From Piedraia hortae CBS 480.64 (lineage: Eukaryota), in NCBI GenBank assembly GCA_010093745.1, contig MU005958.1, positions 186,001 through 250,000 on the forward strand: a stretch of 64,000 nt of DNA, written 5' to 3'. Under the pieces are notes generated by a model. That model was not told the DNA's origin. It made no database searches and was given only the letters and a program-made list of their open reading frames with translations. Positions 1 to 11,700 of the stretch are shown here, one piece after another (within the stretch, counting starts at the first letter, position 1; the number at the start of each line of letters is the position of its first letter). Both the position numbers and the translations under genes were made by a program.

Positions 1-1098
1 GTTGGTTACCCGTCTGCACTCGCATGCGTTCTTCAAAGTGCACTTGGTCCTCGTCTCGCGTGTTGCCAGGGGTTGCAACCGCGATAGAGTAGCTGCTTGT
101 CGTGCCCCTCCCCGCATTCGACATGTCTGATCGTGCAAGAGGCGTTGGGCCATATTGAGGGGTGTTCTGTTGGTGTCAGTACCAGTCATCTGTGTCACCA
201 ATGGAATCACGTCAAGACCTACTTCGACGAGCATTACGCCCCCGTCAGAATCGTCCTCACTTTGCTGCAACGCCGCCATATTCCTCAGTTTCTGCTGCTC
301 AGTCTTGTACAATTCATCCATCAATGCGATAACCATTGCCAATTTGGACTCCGAAACCCCCCAAAGCTCATGCCAATCTTCCGGCAAGTCAACATTGCAT
401 TTATGGCAAGCAAAACTCACCGCCGCCAAGGCGATGGCAAGGCTATCAGCTAAGAGGCATATTGGGGTCTTGTTCGAATCTGAGATGAACGCCCAAGCAA
501 AATCGCGAACCTGCTTGTTTTTATCCAGTTGGTAGAACTTTAGTAGATCGCACAATGACTTATGCGGCGATTCAACTGAGAACTCAAAGCAGAGAGCGAT
601 CAGCATCTCGATCTCGTTATCCAGGATACATTGCTGCCAGAACCGATACTCTTCGTCTTTCTCATTAAGCACCAGCTCTGCATTCTTTTGAGCAACGCAA
701 CAGAACGTAAGAATCATATCCCTTGTCCTTCGCGAACTCTCCTCCACCTTTGACGCCAGAAAGAGCGCAGTGGCAGCAATCTGAAACTGATCCAGCAGCG
801 GCATCGAGCCCCGTTTCCGTTTCACACTTGCCCGCATGAGGAAGCGATGGAAAAAAATAGCCGCAGTGTCAAGCGTTAATTGTGGAATCTTTAGCATGAT
901 GCCCGCTTGTACCATAAAATCAATACCCTTTGACCGCGCTTCTAACTCTTCCGCTCGGGTCATTCCATCCTGAATAGAAGGGGAATTTGCCAACTCCTCC
1001 TCGGTAAAAACCCATTGCGATTCTACCTTTGAGGTAAGCGGAGTTGCTGATGCTCGTTGTGCTGGAGATGTTGGCAGTTTACTGGGGTGCGGCACCAT
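1..1098 (-). CDS. Cyclin T/K family (Pch1/Bur2-like) transcriptional cyclin; 3' end runs off the window
   Basis: Manual translation from ATG at 1098: SQWVFTEEELANSPSIQDGMT..RSKGIDFMVQAGIMLKIPQLTLDTAAIFFHRFLMR..IAATALFLASKVEE..EIEMLIALCFEFSVESPH, a cyclin box. It is absent from the ORF track, consistent with no stop inside the window. Confidence 0.9.
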   Translation of the reverse strand, partial: MVPHPSKLPTSPAQRASATPLTSKVESQWVFTEEELANSPSIQDGMTRAEELEARSKGIDFMVQAGIMLKIPQLTLDTAAIFFHRFLMRASVKRKRGSMPLLDQFQIAATALFLASKVEESSRRTRDMILTFCCVAQKNAELVLNEKDEEYRFWQQCILDNEIEMLIALCFEFSVESPHKSLCDLLKFYQLDKNKQVRDFAWAFISDSNKTPICLLADSLAIALAAVSFACHKCNVDLPEDWHELWGVSESKLAMVIALMDELYKTEQQKLRNMAALQQSEDDSDGGVMLVEVGLDVIPLVTQMTGTDTNRTPLNMAQRLLHDQTCRMRGGARQAATLSRLQPLATRETRTKCTLKNACECRRVTN

Positions 1099-1769
1099 GT
1101 TGGCTGACAAAAGGAATGTTGACGAAATTTATGGATGTCAGAAGCTGTTCCGCGAACAAGGGATTTGCGGCGGCTTTGCAAGGGGCTCCGTGGTGATGAC
1201 TGTAGTGAATGCCATGGCCTCATGTACAGCCTGGCCGTAGCTTCTATCGCAATTCTTCAACATTCAATCAGGTTTGGTTTAGCGTGAAACAGTTAGCGGC
1301 CAATAGCGTGCATGTGGATGCCTTGAGGCGGATTTACCAATGGAGGAGAGAACACGTTCAAACAGGTGGGCCGACCAATGACATGAACATACAAAACCAC
1401 GTGTCTAGTACTTAAGTCTAGTTCCTGCCAGTTGTCGTTGCAAACTCGTCGCAAACACGTGATTCTCTTCATCAAGATAGCGCAAACCACGGGTTATCTA
1501 GCGGAACATTTTCCTGCTGGTTGTTTCAACATTCAGAATGTTGAGAACAAAAAACACGGTAGCACAAAGTAAGTCTACAAAACGAATATATGACCGTACG
1601 GAGGCACTAATACTAAAACGCAGCTGTTTGCGTTCATAGAGCACCTCCAGCGTCCACACGTGCAACGACTTAACCCAAAACGCTTTCCCCGATAGTTTTG
1701 TAGAAAGTCTGAGAAGACAGTGTGGAAACGAGCAGTTCAGCCGCGAGAACGCTGATGCAGCTGGCAAGT

Positions 1770-1838
1770 ACGAGTGACAAATCGCGATGCAAATCGCGAT
1801 GCAAATCGACGCGCATCATAACGCGATTTGTCACTCGT
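1770..1838. repeat. 17-bp perfect inverted repeat enclosing AAATCGCGATGC tandem copies
   Basis: ACGAGTGACAAATCGCG (1770-1786) and CGCGATTTGTCACTCGT (1822-1838). Confidence 0.9.
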
Positions 1839-2735
1839 GAAGCTCATGCAGTCAGTACTCTCCGACTGATTGCTTTGATGAGGTCCTCGTGACGGTCATG
1901 ACAGGACATGGGATCAGCTGTCGGCAGGAAGAACGAGATGACGTTGAAGCCGGAGTGCGAGGCATCCCCAGAAGTTGAAGGACCATCAAAGGACATTCAT
2001 CAGTTCGCAGGTCTCAATCGGTAGCCGAAGCCTCAGTGATCATTCGCGGATCATTTGTTGTAGTTTGGAAGCGTAGTTGCGATGTTATGCAACTGCAAAA
2101 TTGAAGTTGAAGGGGTCGTTCCATCAGGTTTGAGGTAGAGTGGAAATGCGATTGCTTAATCGCATATGTCATTTACGATACACTTTAGTAGTATTTGTAG
2201 ATAAAGTGTGTCGCGCGAGCCTTCTGGGCAAACAGAGGGTTGGTTTCGGAGATAATTGACAGCAAGATGACGTCTAAACGCTAACACAAACTGGAAGGTG
2301 ACATCCCATTCGCTTTCCGCAAAGACTGCAGTCATGCAGCGCCAACCCAACAGACGAAAAACACCGATAGCGTACGCGCAAATCACAGTGTCCATATGGA
2401 AAAACCCTTCGGTCGCTGGAGTGGGTCGTTACAGGTTTAGGTATCATATGCGCATCTAATTGCATCTTGCACAGACCATCCAAGCAAGGGGCCAACTCCG
2501 GGGGCCCATAGATAACTAGCTAGCTAGGTCCCCCCTACCCTAGACACCCCACTGTCACTCACTCTACGTTCCCTTCGCTCCTACAGTCGGTTGAACAGAC
2601 CGTGACGGTATTTTTCCCTGCGGAACGTATTCCGGTCACACTTTCCATTTCACTGCACAAGTTGATTGCGTGTCACCCAAAATAATACGCTCTCACACAC
2701 ACGATAAAAGTTTGCCAGGAGGCTTTCATAAAGCC

Positions 2736-5233
2736 ATGGCCACTGCTGTCCTGTGTGTCAAGCCTTTCTCGGATGCAGATGGTACGCTGTCACTTGTTTA
2801 CCCGTTAGGTGTCAAATGTTATCATCATCTAGCTAACATTCTTAGAGGTCAATAACCACCCGCGCAAAGCCAGAGGGCCAACCATTGAATGGACCAAAAA
2901 CGATGACTTTTGGACCCGTCGGATAGGCCAAAGATGGGCAAAACACCTGGGTCTTGACCCGCCTTTTGAAGAATACAGGCTTGATAATTTACCCACTGGT
3001 TACGCTGGATACGTTCGGCCAAAAATCTACGGGGACCCTTCATCCGTGAGACTAAACTATTTGTATGGCCATCCGTCGGGGAGTAGGTACAACAGCGGCG
3101 AATCTTTTTGGCCGCACTTCGTGTGGCTGCAGGAGGGAATGGAGGGTGAATGCGAGTGTAAATTGTGTGGTAAAGGAAAGTCGAAAAAGTCAACTCCTAT
3201 GGTATGGGAAGAAGGCCAGGATGAAGAGGACGCGATTGATGACGAAGAAGAAGAGGTAGGAGAAGGTGTCATTCCTATCAACTCTTTCTCGGACGGTGAC
3301 TGTGAGTTTATATCCCTCCCCGCAACTTTTGCAACGATAAAACCATGGTGTTGGTTCTAACATTTAGTTCAAAAGCTAAGAAACGACCCCGATTAAGCAT
3401 GGCTCCAAACAGCGAATGGACTCGGAATAATGATTGCTGGACTCAATTACTTGGCGAGAAGTGGGCACCTGAATTGAACCTCCCTCCACCCTACGACCAG
3501 TATAAACTGAATCGCCTACCAAAAGGGTATACGGGCTACTCGCGACCTAAAGTTTTCGCCCAGCCATCATCGAAAACTATCAATTTTCTGTACGGCCATC
3601 CTTCGGGAGAGAGATTCTGGAACGCAGATGGGTTTTGGCCGCATTTCAAATGGTTGATGGAAGGTATGGATGGAACGTGCTCGTGTAATCTGTGTTTACG
3701 AGCAAAGCTCAACATGAAAGAGAGCGTTATGGGAGAGACTAAGCCTCATGTTGTGATCAGAAGGAGGCCGCACGGAGCTGACAGACGACAGCAGGTTGTC
3801 GATCAGAGTCATGTGGACACCAAAAGTGAAGTTTTGACCATTCCAGATGATAGCCATTATGAAACTTGGACTGAGCAGGACCAGAACTACGATGCTGATG
3901 TGGGCAGAGAAAGCCTTGATCCGAGCGAAGAAGTCACCCGAGTGAGCCAAGGCCAAGAGGATGAAGACCAGGAGGACGAAGCTGAGGTCGAGGAAAATGA
4001 TGTTGATGTCCAGGAGGGTGAAGTCGAGGCCCAAACGGAAGCGAGGACCAATGCAAGGCCTGAAACTCCTGCGGATCCAATCCAACCAAACTGCGATAAT
4101 GTCCCAGGATTCACAATACTCCCCATAAACTCAACATCAGATGGCAATGGTATGTTCACCGCACCAGTGTGGCTATCTGCAACTAACAATTCTTGGCAGA
4201 GAGACACCGACCCTTTAGAGTGTTAAGCAACAAAGAGTTTGTCTGCAAACCCGATTGGTGGCTGCGTAATCTGGCCATCAAATGGGCAGCTGCTCGCAAT
4301 TTACCACTGCCTCATGACTCGTACAGGCTTGACCGTCTACCCGATGGGTACGCAGGCTTCGTAAGGCCGGTAAAATACGGCCAGCCTTCATCTGGGACAT
4401 TGCACTACCTTTACGGTCACCCTTCGGGAAAGAGATTCCAAAGCGGTGATTCGTTCTTCCCGCATTTCAAGTGGCTAATGGACGGAATGGAAGGGATGTG
4501 CGAATGTATTGTGTGCCAAGGACCTAAGAAAAGGCCCAATCGCCCGGACCCGCAGTACGGATGGGAGCCGCGAATCCTCCCCATCAGACCGTTTTCGGAT
4601 GGTGACGCTTCCAAACACGCACACATACAATTGACACCCAACGATGACTGGTGGCTTCGCAAGCTGGCCTCGGTGAAATGGGCTCATGACCTTAATTTGC
4701 CATGGGTGCCTGGCGGTTATAAACTTGACGCCCTGCCAGAAGGGTATGCCGGCTTCCAACAGATCAAACCGGGCGCCAGAGAGAAAATCCAGCATTGGAT
4801 TATAGGCCATCCGTCCGGAGCAAAGTGCAAAGGTGTCGAGAAGTTCTGGCCCCATTTCAAGTGGCTGATGGACGGCATGGTGGGTGAATGCCAATGTACG
4901 CTATGTGTTGTCAAAGGCGCTAAGAGGGAATCCGAGACGAAAAGAAAGCATGAGGCCAGCCTTAAGGGGGGCGGCGGTAATGCTGTCGACGAGAGAAATG
5001 GAAAGTATAGTAGGATGGAATCGGATGGAGGTCAAGTGCCTGGCACTAGTACTGTGAGCGGCGGGGATATCAGTTCTGCCCAGATGGTTGAATCCGGCCC
5101 CAGCATGATGCATGTCGATGGAAATGAGCGTGACGAGGTTCGCTACGATGTTCCAGACCGCATGAATAATAATCCACATCAAAACGGGTCGCGTGTTGAT
5201 GCAGGGTATGTTACTCCCCAGTGGACTAGGTAG
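2736..5233 (+). CDS. Protein with four tandem Clr2 N-terminal (Clr2_transil-like) His/Cys modules; 4 exons
   Basis: Four copies of SD.D..W..W..Y.L..LP.GY.G..[LI][YI]GHPSG..F[WF]PHF.WL..GM.G.C.C..C. Introns 2782-2845, 3302-3375 (AAG acceptor, less certain) and 4150-4199 join the ORF pieces in frame. Confidence 0.8.
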
Positions 5234-5337
5234 TAAGCAAGTGTACTATAGTTCTTCGAATGTCACTAATAGCCATGTTGATAAGGCCAGCCCTCTTAGC
5301 TAATTATGAAGTCATTGCAGTTGTCAATGTTTCTACT

Positions 5338-6444
5338 CTATGCATCAGCCGCCTTTCGGGCCATTTGCAGCGCACCTTCAAACGTCTTATTACCGCCGAT
5401 AAAGCCAGATGCGTGCACAAAGATACAGCCGGGAATGCCGTTGACTTTGCTCAACTCATCGTCACGCACACCTCTCCATTGCTCTGGAAGGCTTTTTCGA
5501 CTCTCGAAGCTGCCGGGCTTCAGACTGACGGCTCGAACGCGCCATTTACTGTCAGGCGAACCGCTCTCAGCAAAGAGGGCGTATAGAACTTGGCCGGGGG
5601 TTCCGGCCTCGTCTTCCAGCGAGAACAGATGATCAGCCCAGGGAACACCGCTGTCACGGTATGGAATGACTATAATGCGGCCCTTCGAGTCATGCTCTGT
5701 GCGTTGTTGGAACGCCTCCTTGACGATGTCACGAGCTGGCAGCCAGGATGCGAACAAGTCGTCTAGAGACATGCGGAACTGTTCCCCGACAAATGAACTG
5801 GCTCGTTGGAAGCGGGCGTCTTCTTCGATCTGTTTCTTGTTTTCGCCGCTTGGAGTCGTTCCAGACAGGGCGTAATTGTAGCGGCTCACGACGCTGGCAA
5901 TGCTGAACCCCTTGTCGTTGAACCTTTCCTTGATATTGGCCTCTCTCAACTTGGCAGGATCGTAGACTGAAATGCCATTGTCGTTGGCATCAAAGGCTTC
6001 GATCATGTCGTCGTAGAGCTTTTGATGGAGCAGCCCACATTGCTCGCTGCCTGTTTGCAGACCAGTGACAGCATTGATAATATCCTTGCCGTAGTGCATC
6101 CATACGAGGCCTGCACTAGACAGTTTGGTGTGCTTCCCCGGGAATGTGGCTTCGAAGCCCCGCTGGTGGTGGTCATAACGACGAGCTTCGTGGTCATGTT
6201 CACCGCCAACGTCAACAACAACCGTACACGTCTTCAGCACGTCGGGGTCCCGAGTGCGAACTAGGGAAGCGTGGGTGTAATTGGGAAGCAAACGGAGCAG
6301 ATACACGGCCAGGGCCTCATCAGCGTGGAATTGGCCATTGTGTGTACCAATCAAGGCACTTTCATGGGACATCTTCAGCTTCTTGGCCTGTGGCATGAAG
6401 GTTCGAGGACTACAAAGCTGCCTTGAGAGAAGGCGCACAAACAT
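5338..6444 (-). CDS. MYG1: MYG1/UPF0160 metal-dependent exonuclease
   Basis: IGTHNGQFHADEALA, DVGG, YDHHQRGF, KLSSAGLVW, FVHASGFIGG motifs. Confidence 0.95.
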   Translation of the reverse strand: MFVRLLSRQLCSPRTFMPQAKKLKMSHESALIGTHNGQFHADEALAVYLLRLLPNYTHASLVRTRDPDVLKTCTVVVDVGGEHDHEARRYDHHQRGFEATFPGKHTKLSSAGLVWMHYGKDIINAVTGLQTGSEQCGLLHQKLYDDMIEAFDANDNGISVYDPAKLREANIKERFNDKGFSIASVVSRYNYALSGTTPSGENKKQIEEDARFQRASSFVGEQFRMSLDDLFASWLPARDIVKEAFQQRTEHDSKGRIIVIPYRDSGVPWADHLFSLEDEAGTPGQVLYALFAESGSPDSKWRVRAVSLKPGSFESRKSLPEQWRGVRDDELSKVNGIPGCIFVHASGFIGGNKTFEGALQMARKAADA

Positions 6445-6698
6445 GAATTTTGGGCGCTGTGTGGGCTGTGGGCGGGAGTGGCCGTCATTGACAAGCGAAA
6501 GGGATCCAATCAGAAGCAGGCACCGGCGGAATCAAGCATAAGTGCGAGTGCGGGGAACGCCAATCACAAGCGCCGCACTTACATCGGCGGGTGACGGTCG
6601 AAATGCGTCAGAGCGAACAGATCAAGGTCTCATGTCCTCACACCACTTTTGCTCCGCACTCTTTCCGTAGCACTCATGCGCTACGGCCATACACAAAA

Positions 6699-8003
6699 AT
6701 GCTCCTGCGCTTCCTACGCGGCGCCCTCTTCCTCTTCTCCGTCGTCTTCACCATCCCGTTGGCGTTTGACGTCGGCGGCCGGACGTGCGGCCTCGCCTTT
6801 AGCCTGACGTTGGCCACGTACTACTTCGTCCTCAGCTCGCTGCAGTTGGCTGCCCCGAATCGGTCGTGGCGGCGACTGCTGGTGCGACTGTACTCGTCGC
6901 TGCAGGTTCTGGTCATCCCCGGCCTGCTCATATGGAGCCTCAACAAGTTCAGCGTCGAAGGCGATGACGCTGCCAATTGGGTCTCCCGAACACTGTACTC
7001 GGCCTCCCATCCGCTCCACGCCAGTTCGAGCATCAGGGAGTGGATATTCGGCAAGGATGGGCTGCTGGAGAATGCAACCATTGGCGGCTGGGAGATGCTG
7101 TTACGCTGGTCCACGCCCGTATTTCAGCTCGTCGAGGGCTTCTGCAGCTTGCTCGTCATCCAGGCAGCCGGCCAACTCACGCGTTATCTGGTCAATTCAT
7201 CCGATGGTGGCGACGGCTGGATGATTGGCCTCCTGCTTCTCTCGGGCAGCGTCATCTCTACCTCGGTCTACTTCATCTGGCGAATCACGACATTCGAGGG
7301 GATTGATAGTCAGGATGCCATCCTCATCGGTGTGGCAATCACCTGTGCCTTCTTCTTGTGCGCTTGGGGTATCGGCAGCGGGCGAGGCAACGTTGTCGAG
7401 AGCAGCCTCCTCTTTGCCTACATTACGCTCTGCATCTATCAGATCTTCACCGACTACCAACCTTCGACCCCAACACCTCCTCCTACTTCCGCCCCCGAGT
7501 TACCTCCGCTGCCTCCAGTCATCATGGCGAGCTATGCAACCCTGCTGCAGGCGCTTCAGAGCCTGCCAAGCACGTTGCACAACGCCTTTGGCTTCATGGT
7601 CGCAGCCGTCAGAACCGTAACTCCGTCTGTCATTATCAGTCTCATATACCGCCTCATAGTGCTCTACGCTGCCGCCCGAATCATTCCTGCCGTACGGGAA
7701 TCTGGGGCCCGCGCGCTCTCGGTAGATCCGTCATTGGAGGAGAGCGAGGGAGTCGCGGCCGTTTTGGGTTTCCTCACCTACTACAGTCCTAGCATCCTGG
7801 TGGCTGTTTATACAAGCCTGCTGATGCAGCACTTTGTCTCGGCTTCAGCCGATCATCCCGGAGAGTGGTGGACGGCTCAGGGCGGAGAGGGAGGTGCAAA
7901 TATCAGCCGTTGGGCAAATCTGGCCGGCACCATGGCCCTATACGCCGTGGAGCTTTACATGGGTCAAGACGATGGGTTATTGGACCATTGGAAGCTTGAT
8001 TGA
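6699..8003 (+). CDS. ICE2: ER membrane protein ICE2
   Basis: TIPLAFDVGGRTCGLAFSLTL, FQLVEGFCSLLVIQAAGQ, GRGNVVESSLLFAY. Probable ATG at 6699. Confidence 0.93.
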   Translation: MLLRFLRGALFLFSVVFTIPLAFDVGGRTCGLAFSLTLATYYFVLSSLQLAAPNRSWRRLLVRLYSSLQVLVIPGLLIWSLNKFSVEGDDAANWVSRTLYSASHPLHASSSIREWIFGKDGLLENATIGGWEMLLRWSTPVFQLVEGFCSLLVIQAAGQLTRYLVNSSDGGDGWMIGLLLLSGSVISTSVYFIWRITTFEGIDSQDAILIGVAITCAFFLCAWGIGSGRGNVVESSLLFAYITLCIYQIFTDYQPSTPTPPPTSAPELPPLPPVIMASYATLLQALQSLPSTLHNAFGFMVAAVRTVTPSVIISLIYRLIVLYAAARIIPAVRESGARALSVDPSLEESEGVAAVLGFLTYYSPSILVAVYTSLLMQHFVSASADHPGEWWTAQGGEGGANISRWANLAGTMALYAVELYMGQDDGLLDHWKLD

Positions 8004-8020
8004 CCTTTGCTTATCGTTTC

Positions 8021-8043
8021 TTTTTTTTTTTTTTTTTTTTTTT
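8021..8043 (+). repeat. Poly(T) tract in the ICE2 3' region
   Basis: Run of ~23 T. Confidence 0.9.
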
Positions 8044-11000
8044 GCTAGAGAACCATCCCTCATCGTTTCAGACTGCATTTCTTGGCGTTTATATTATACG
8101 TTGAGCTGCAGACAACTTCTTGATATCATGGGCACGCTCACAATGATTGAATGGGGAAATTATCGCAGACAATCCGGCGACTGCCATGGTCATAATGATG
8201 GAAGCATCATTCAGTAGCGTGTTCTCCCTTTTACACGCTTGGCCGTCACCGGACAAGCAGTGGGCGCTCGAAAGCAAGATGTCAGTCATCCAAACCTTAT
8301 TCACCTAGACCAGGACTCTCACTGTGCCAAGTGTGATCCCATAACTTTCGGGGTGGTAAGCGGTGTGCGGTAGAGCTTATTTCTGGAATCAAGTAAACCG
8401 CCCAGGATAGAATGTTGCGGCCCCAAAACAAGTTTCAGTATCAGCTGGAGGAGTCTGTTCTCTTCAAACCCGTTTTCCAGCCTTGAAAGCCTTCGAGACC
8501 CGTGAATAAATCAGATTCTTACCAAAAACTTCTTGCAATGTAGCATGATCTGGATGGTGATAATGCAATCGCCAACACCGGCTAACCTAAGACTATTCCC
8601 AACTTAACAATCAGCCTCGTGGGCGTCATGAACTTCTGCTGCCTTATCCTCATCTCAGCGGTACAAAGACTAGACATACATGTACCCCAACCCCAACAAC
8701 ATGTCAAACAACGCTCGAGTTTCCGTTCATAGAATGACCACATCTCCTCTCATCCTCGGCCACTTTCTCCTCCACCAAATAACCCAAACCTCTCAAAGAA
8801 ATTCGAAGAAGGCACCATATTTTTCACAAAACCGTCTGAAGTTGGTCTAGTCTCAGCAAAAAATATGATCGGTCTCCACACTCTGGATTCTGGATTACCG
8901 CAGGTAGCTCGTTGGCTAGGTAAAAAACCTCAATACTTCGCCACATGTTTGGATAACAATGGATTCTACCTAAGGTCTGTTGGCACGGCTAAGGCTGGAG
9001 AGGTATAGAGCGCAGGGCAACTACAAATGCAGTCTCGCGAAGATGAGCAACGAGCTCGTTGGAAATACCCCTGGGGTATAATATGCAGTTTCGTTGCTCG
9101 TAATGTTGTGAATTGTTTTTGCAGTCTATATAATACGCTTCAATGCCCTCGAGAGACAGTTGTCAGTTCTTTGGGACAACACCGCTGCGGCGTTAAACGA
9201 TAAAATCAAACAATGACATTAAGAACACCCTCTCAGCTTTTCGGTGCTACAAGCTTTCCCAACCGCCCTGAGGCCAACCTGTTTCTGGTGTGCAGGCCGA
9301 CGAGGGGAAGCCCCCTCGCACGGTGTGCTTGTCGCGGGTATGGCGAGCCCATCTTTGGCTATAGCTCAGTGCATTCAGTACAACACTGTCATGAAGGCTG
9401 GGGAGTTTCAGATGTCTGCTCCAAGGTGCATGGTAAGCTCTGTCAAATGAGAGTTTGGCTGTTTGTATTGTAAGAAAAACTGGGAACAACGTACTTCCAT
9501 AAGGCATACAAAAGAAACGACACAGACAGATGCCCGGACAGATGTCTAATGCGAAGTACGCTTTACTCGGTGGCGATTCTCTTTTCTTGTAATGACCGGT
9601 GGCGATCGGTTCGTTTGATATTAAGTGGACCTTTTGCTGCCGTCTGCGGCCCGGACATGCGCGGGTCAAAAGGTTGATGCTCGGCCGAAGCATTCTCGTA
9701 TTCAAGAAGTCATTGGCGAGTAACGGAGACAAGCCCAACCGCTTTCGGATCTTTCTTTTATTTTGATTTTTTACCACCGTGGCAGCACGACCACGAACGG
9801 CTGGCCGTAGCCTCCCGGAGGGCATGGGCATACTAAGCTAGGAACTGTTTACAATATTAAAACTTACCTAGTCAGCATATCGAGCCTCGTGTGGGCGCTC
9901 TACTTGTCCTGCCGCCTTCCTCCGCTGCCCGGGAAGTGTAGGCGTCTCGCAGCATCCCAACACTCGATGGAATCAAATCCGACGTATCTGTGGACGAGAC
10001 ATTCTTGCAGTAGAGAGCAGAGAATTCAACACATCTTCGATGTGACATGTATATCGTGATCCATTCTTGTAGTGTTATATCCACCCCGTAATCGATACAT
10101 GTTCAAGACATTCCCAGCAGTACTCTATTGTGAGATTGTCGATACCAATGATTGACTGTGCACTTATGGTCTAAGAACGCCTGCGCAACAAGGTCATGCT
10201 CGGCCGCTTTCGGAAACAGGTCCTCACTGATATCCCTCCATCACCTCAGCGGATCCTCCGGAAAAGCGAACGTGGTAGCTTTGAAGGTCGATTTACAGTG
10301 CTTCACCACCCGAATCCCTTTAAGGTGGGAGGAAGCAGGCTGACGCCTATTCTGTGGCGTCTGATGACAGCGGGATCGTAACGGGGACATCCATAGGCGT
10401 AGCGTCGCATCATCTGCAACAATCTCCGACTTTCCGGTGGAGAATACTGAGGAAAGACGGGAGGCAGTCGTACTGTGCGCGAGACACACCCTAAAAGCTT
10501 AACCTTATCTCGAAGAGGTCCGGATTATCTTGCTTGTGAGCTTGAGGTATCTTTTAAGACGGATTATTCCCATTGGCAAGGCCTGCCGACGAAGATATAA
10601 CCATGGGACATTGCTGATCCCTCATACCGCTGTAGTTCTTCTTCAGAAGAGCTGTCATCGGCCTGATCTGCCGTGGCGAAGATGACAAGCTTACATAACT
10701 TCTCTGGAGCCAGTCCATTCCTGGTGTAGGGTACGATGAGGCGTGCAAAAAAGAAACTTCGCTCACACAGTGTACTTGTCACGGGCGTGGCAAGACATCC
10801 CTGGCTATGGTTGCCAGGCGTAGAAACGGGCCCTCACTAACATCTCTTCACCACTGCGAATTTTTCTTCTCGGCACCGCCGGGTATCCCTCGTGCCGCTG
10901 TAGCTCCCCTTCAAAAGAGCAGTCGTCGGCCTGGCCATGACAAACGGGTCAGGATCACAAGCTTGTGTGGGTTTCTACTTGTCGGGACGAACATGCCAGG

Positions 11001-11700
11001 GGAAAGACGAGTACTGTGGGTTTGTTTGAGCCATGCGCGCAGCCAATTCATTGAACAGCGACGTTGGTGCAGCAACAAAATCGAGGGTCCAGCATCAAGG
11101 CGAGCTTCGAAAGGTCCGAGGCGACATGCGGCGCCAACTGTCGCGAGGATTTCCAAAGTGGACGACGAGTCGCCAATGATTTTATGGGTGCGATCTGCGT
11201 TATGGGCGTTAACAACCTCTCTTTCCCTCACGGCGCAACCTCACAGCTAACTTGGCGTCTTCAATTCACGTTGTCGCCTTCATGACGGAGGCGGCCTTCT
11301 CGAACCGCGGCGCCATTAACGAGGAGGACACTGGCGATGAGGGCAGAGCCCGCAAGAGCCCCGTGGTACGCTTCAAGCTGCCCGGGAGCGAACCCCGCGA
11401 CGTGCTGTCTCTGCGGGAGACGTGGAAGATCCAGCTGCCCAACAGGTAGGTGCAGGCATCGCGGACCCAGGTAAATTATGACTGAAGACGAGCAAGGCCT
11501 TGCTAAGGCCTGAGGCGCTTGAGGTGGCATACTGCTGTCCACCAGGTCAGTCGCAGAGGCTTGATCCATTTCTTGTCGCGGTTACGGATATCCACGCAAA
11601 TGGAATTCCGCATGGTTTCCTCATCTGGTTTCCAGCGCTGTCCCATCTGCCGAGCTTGCTTGGCGTATAGCACACCTCTCTTTCTAAAGAGCATGAATGG

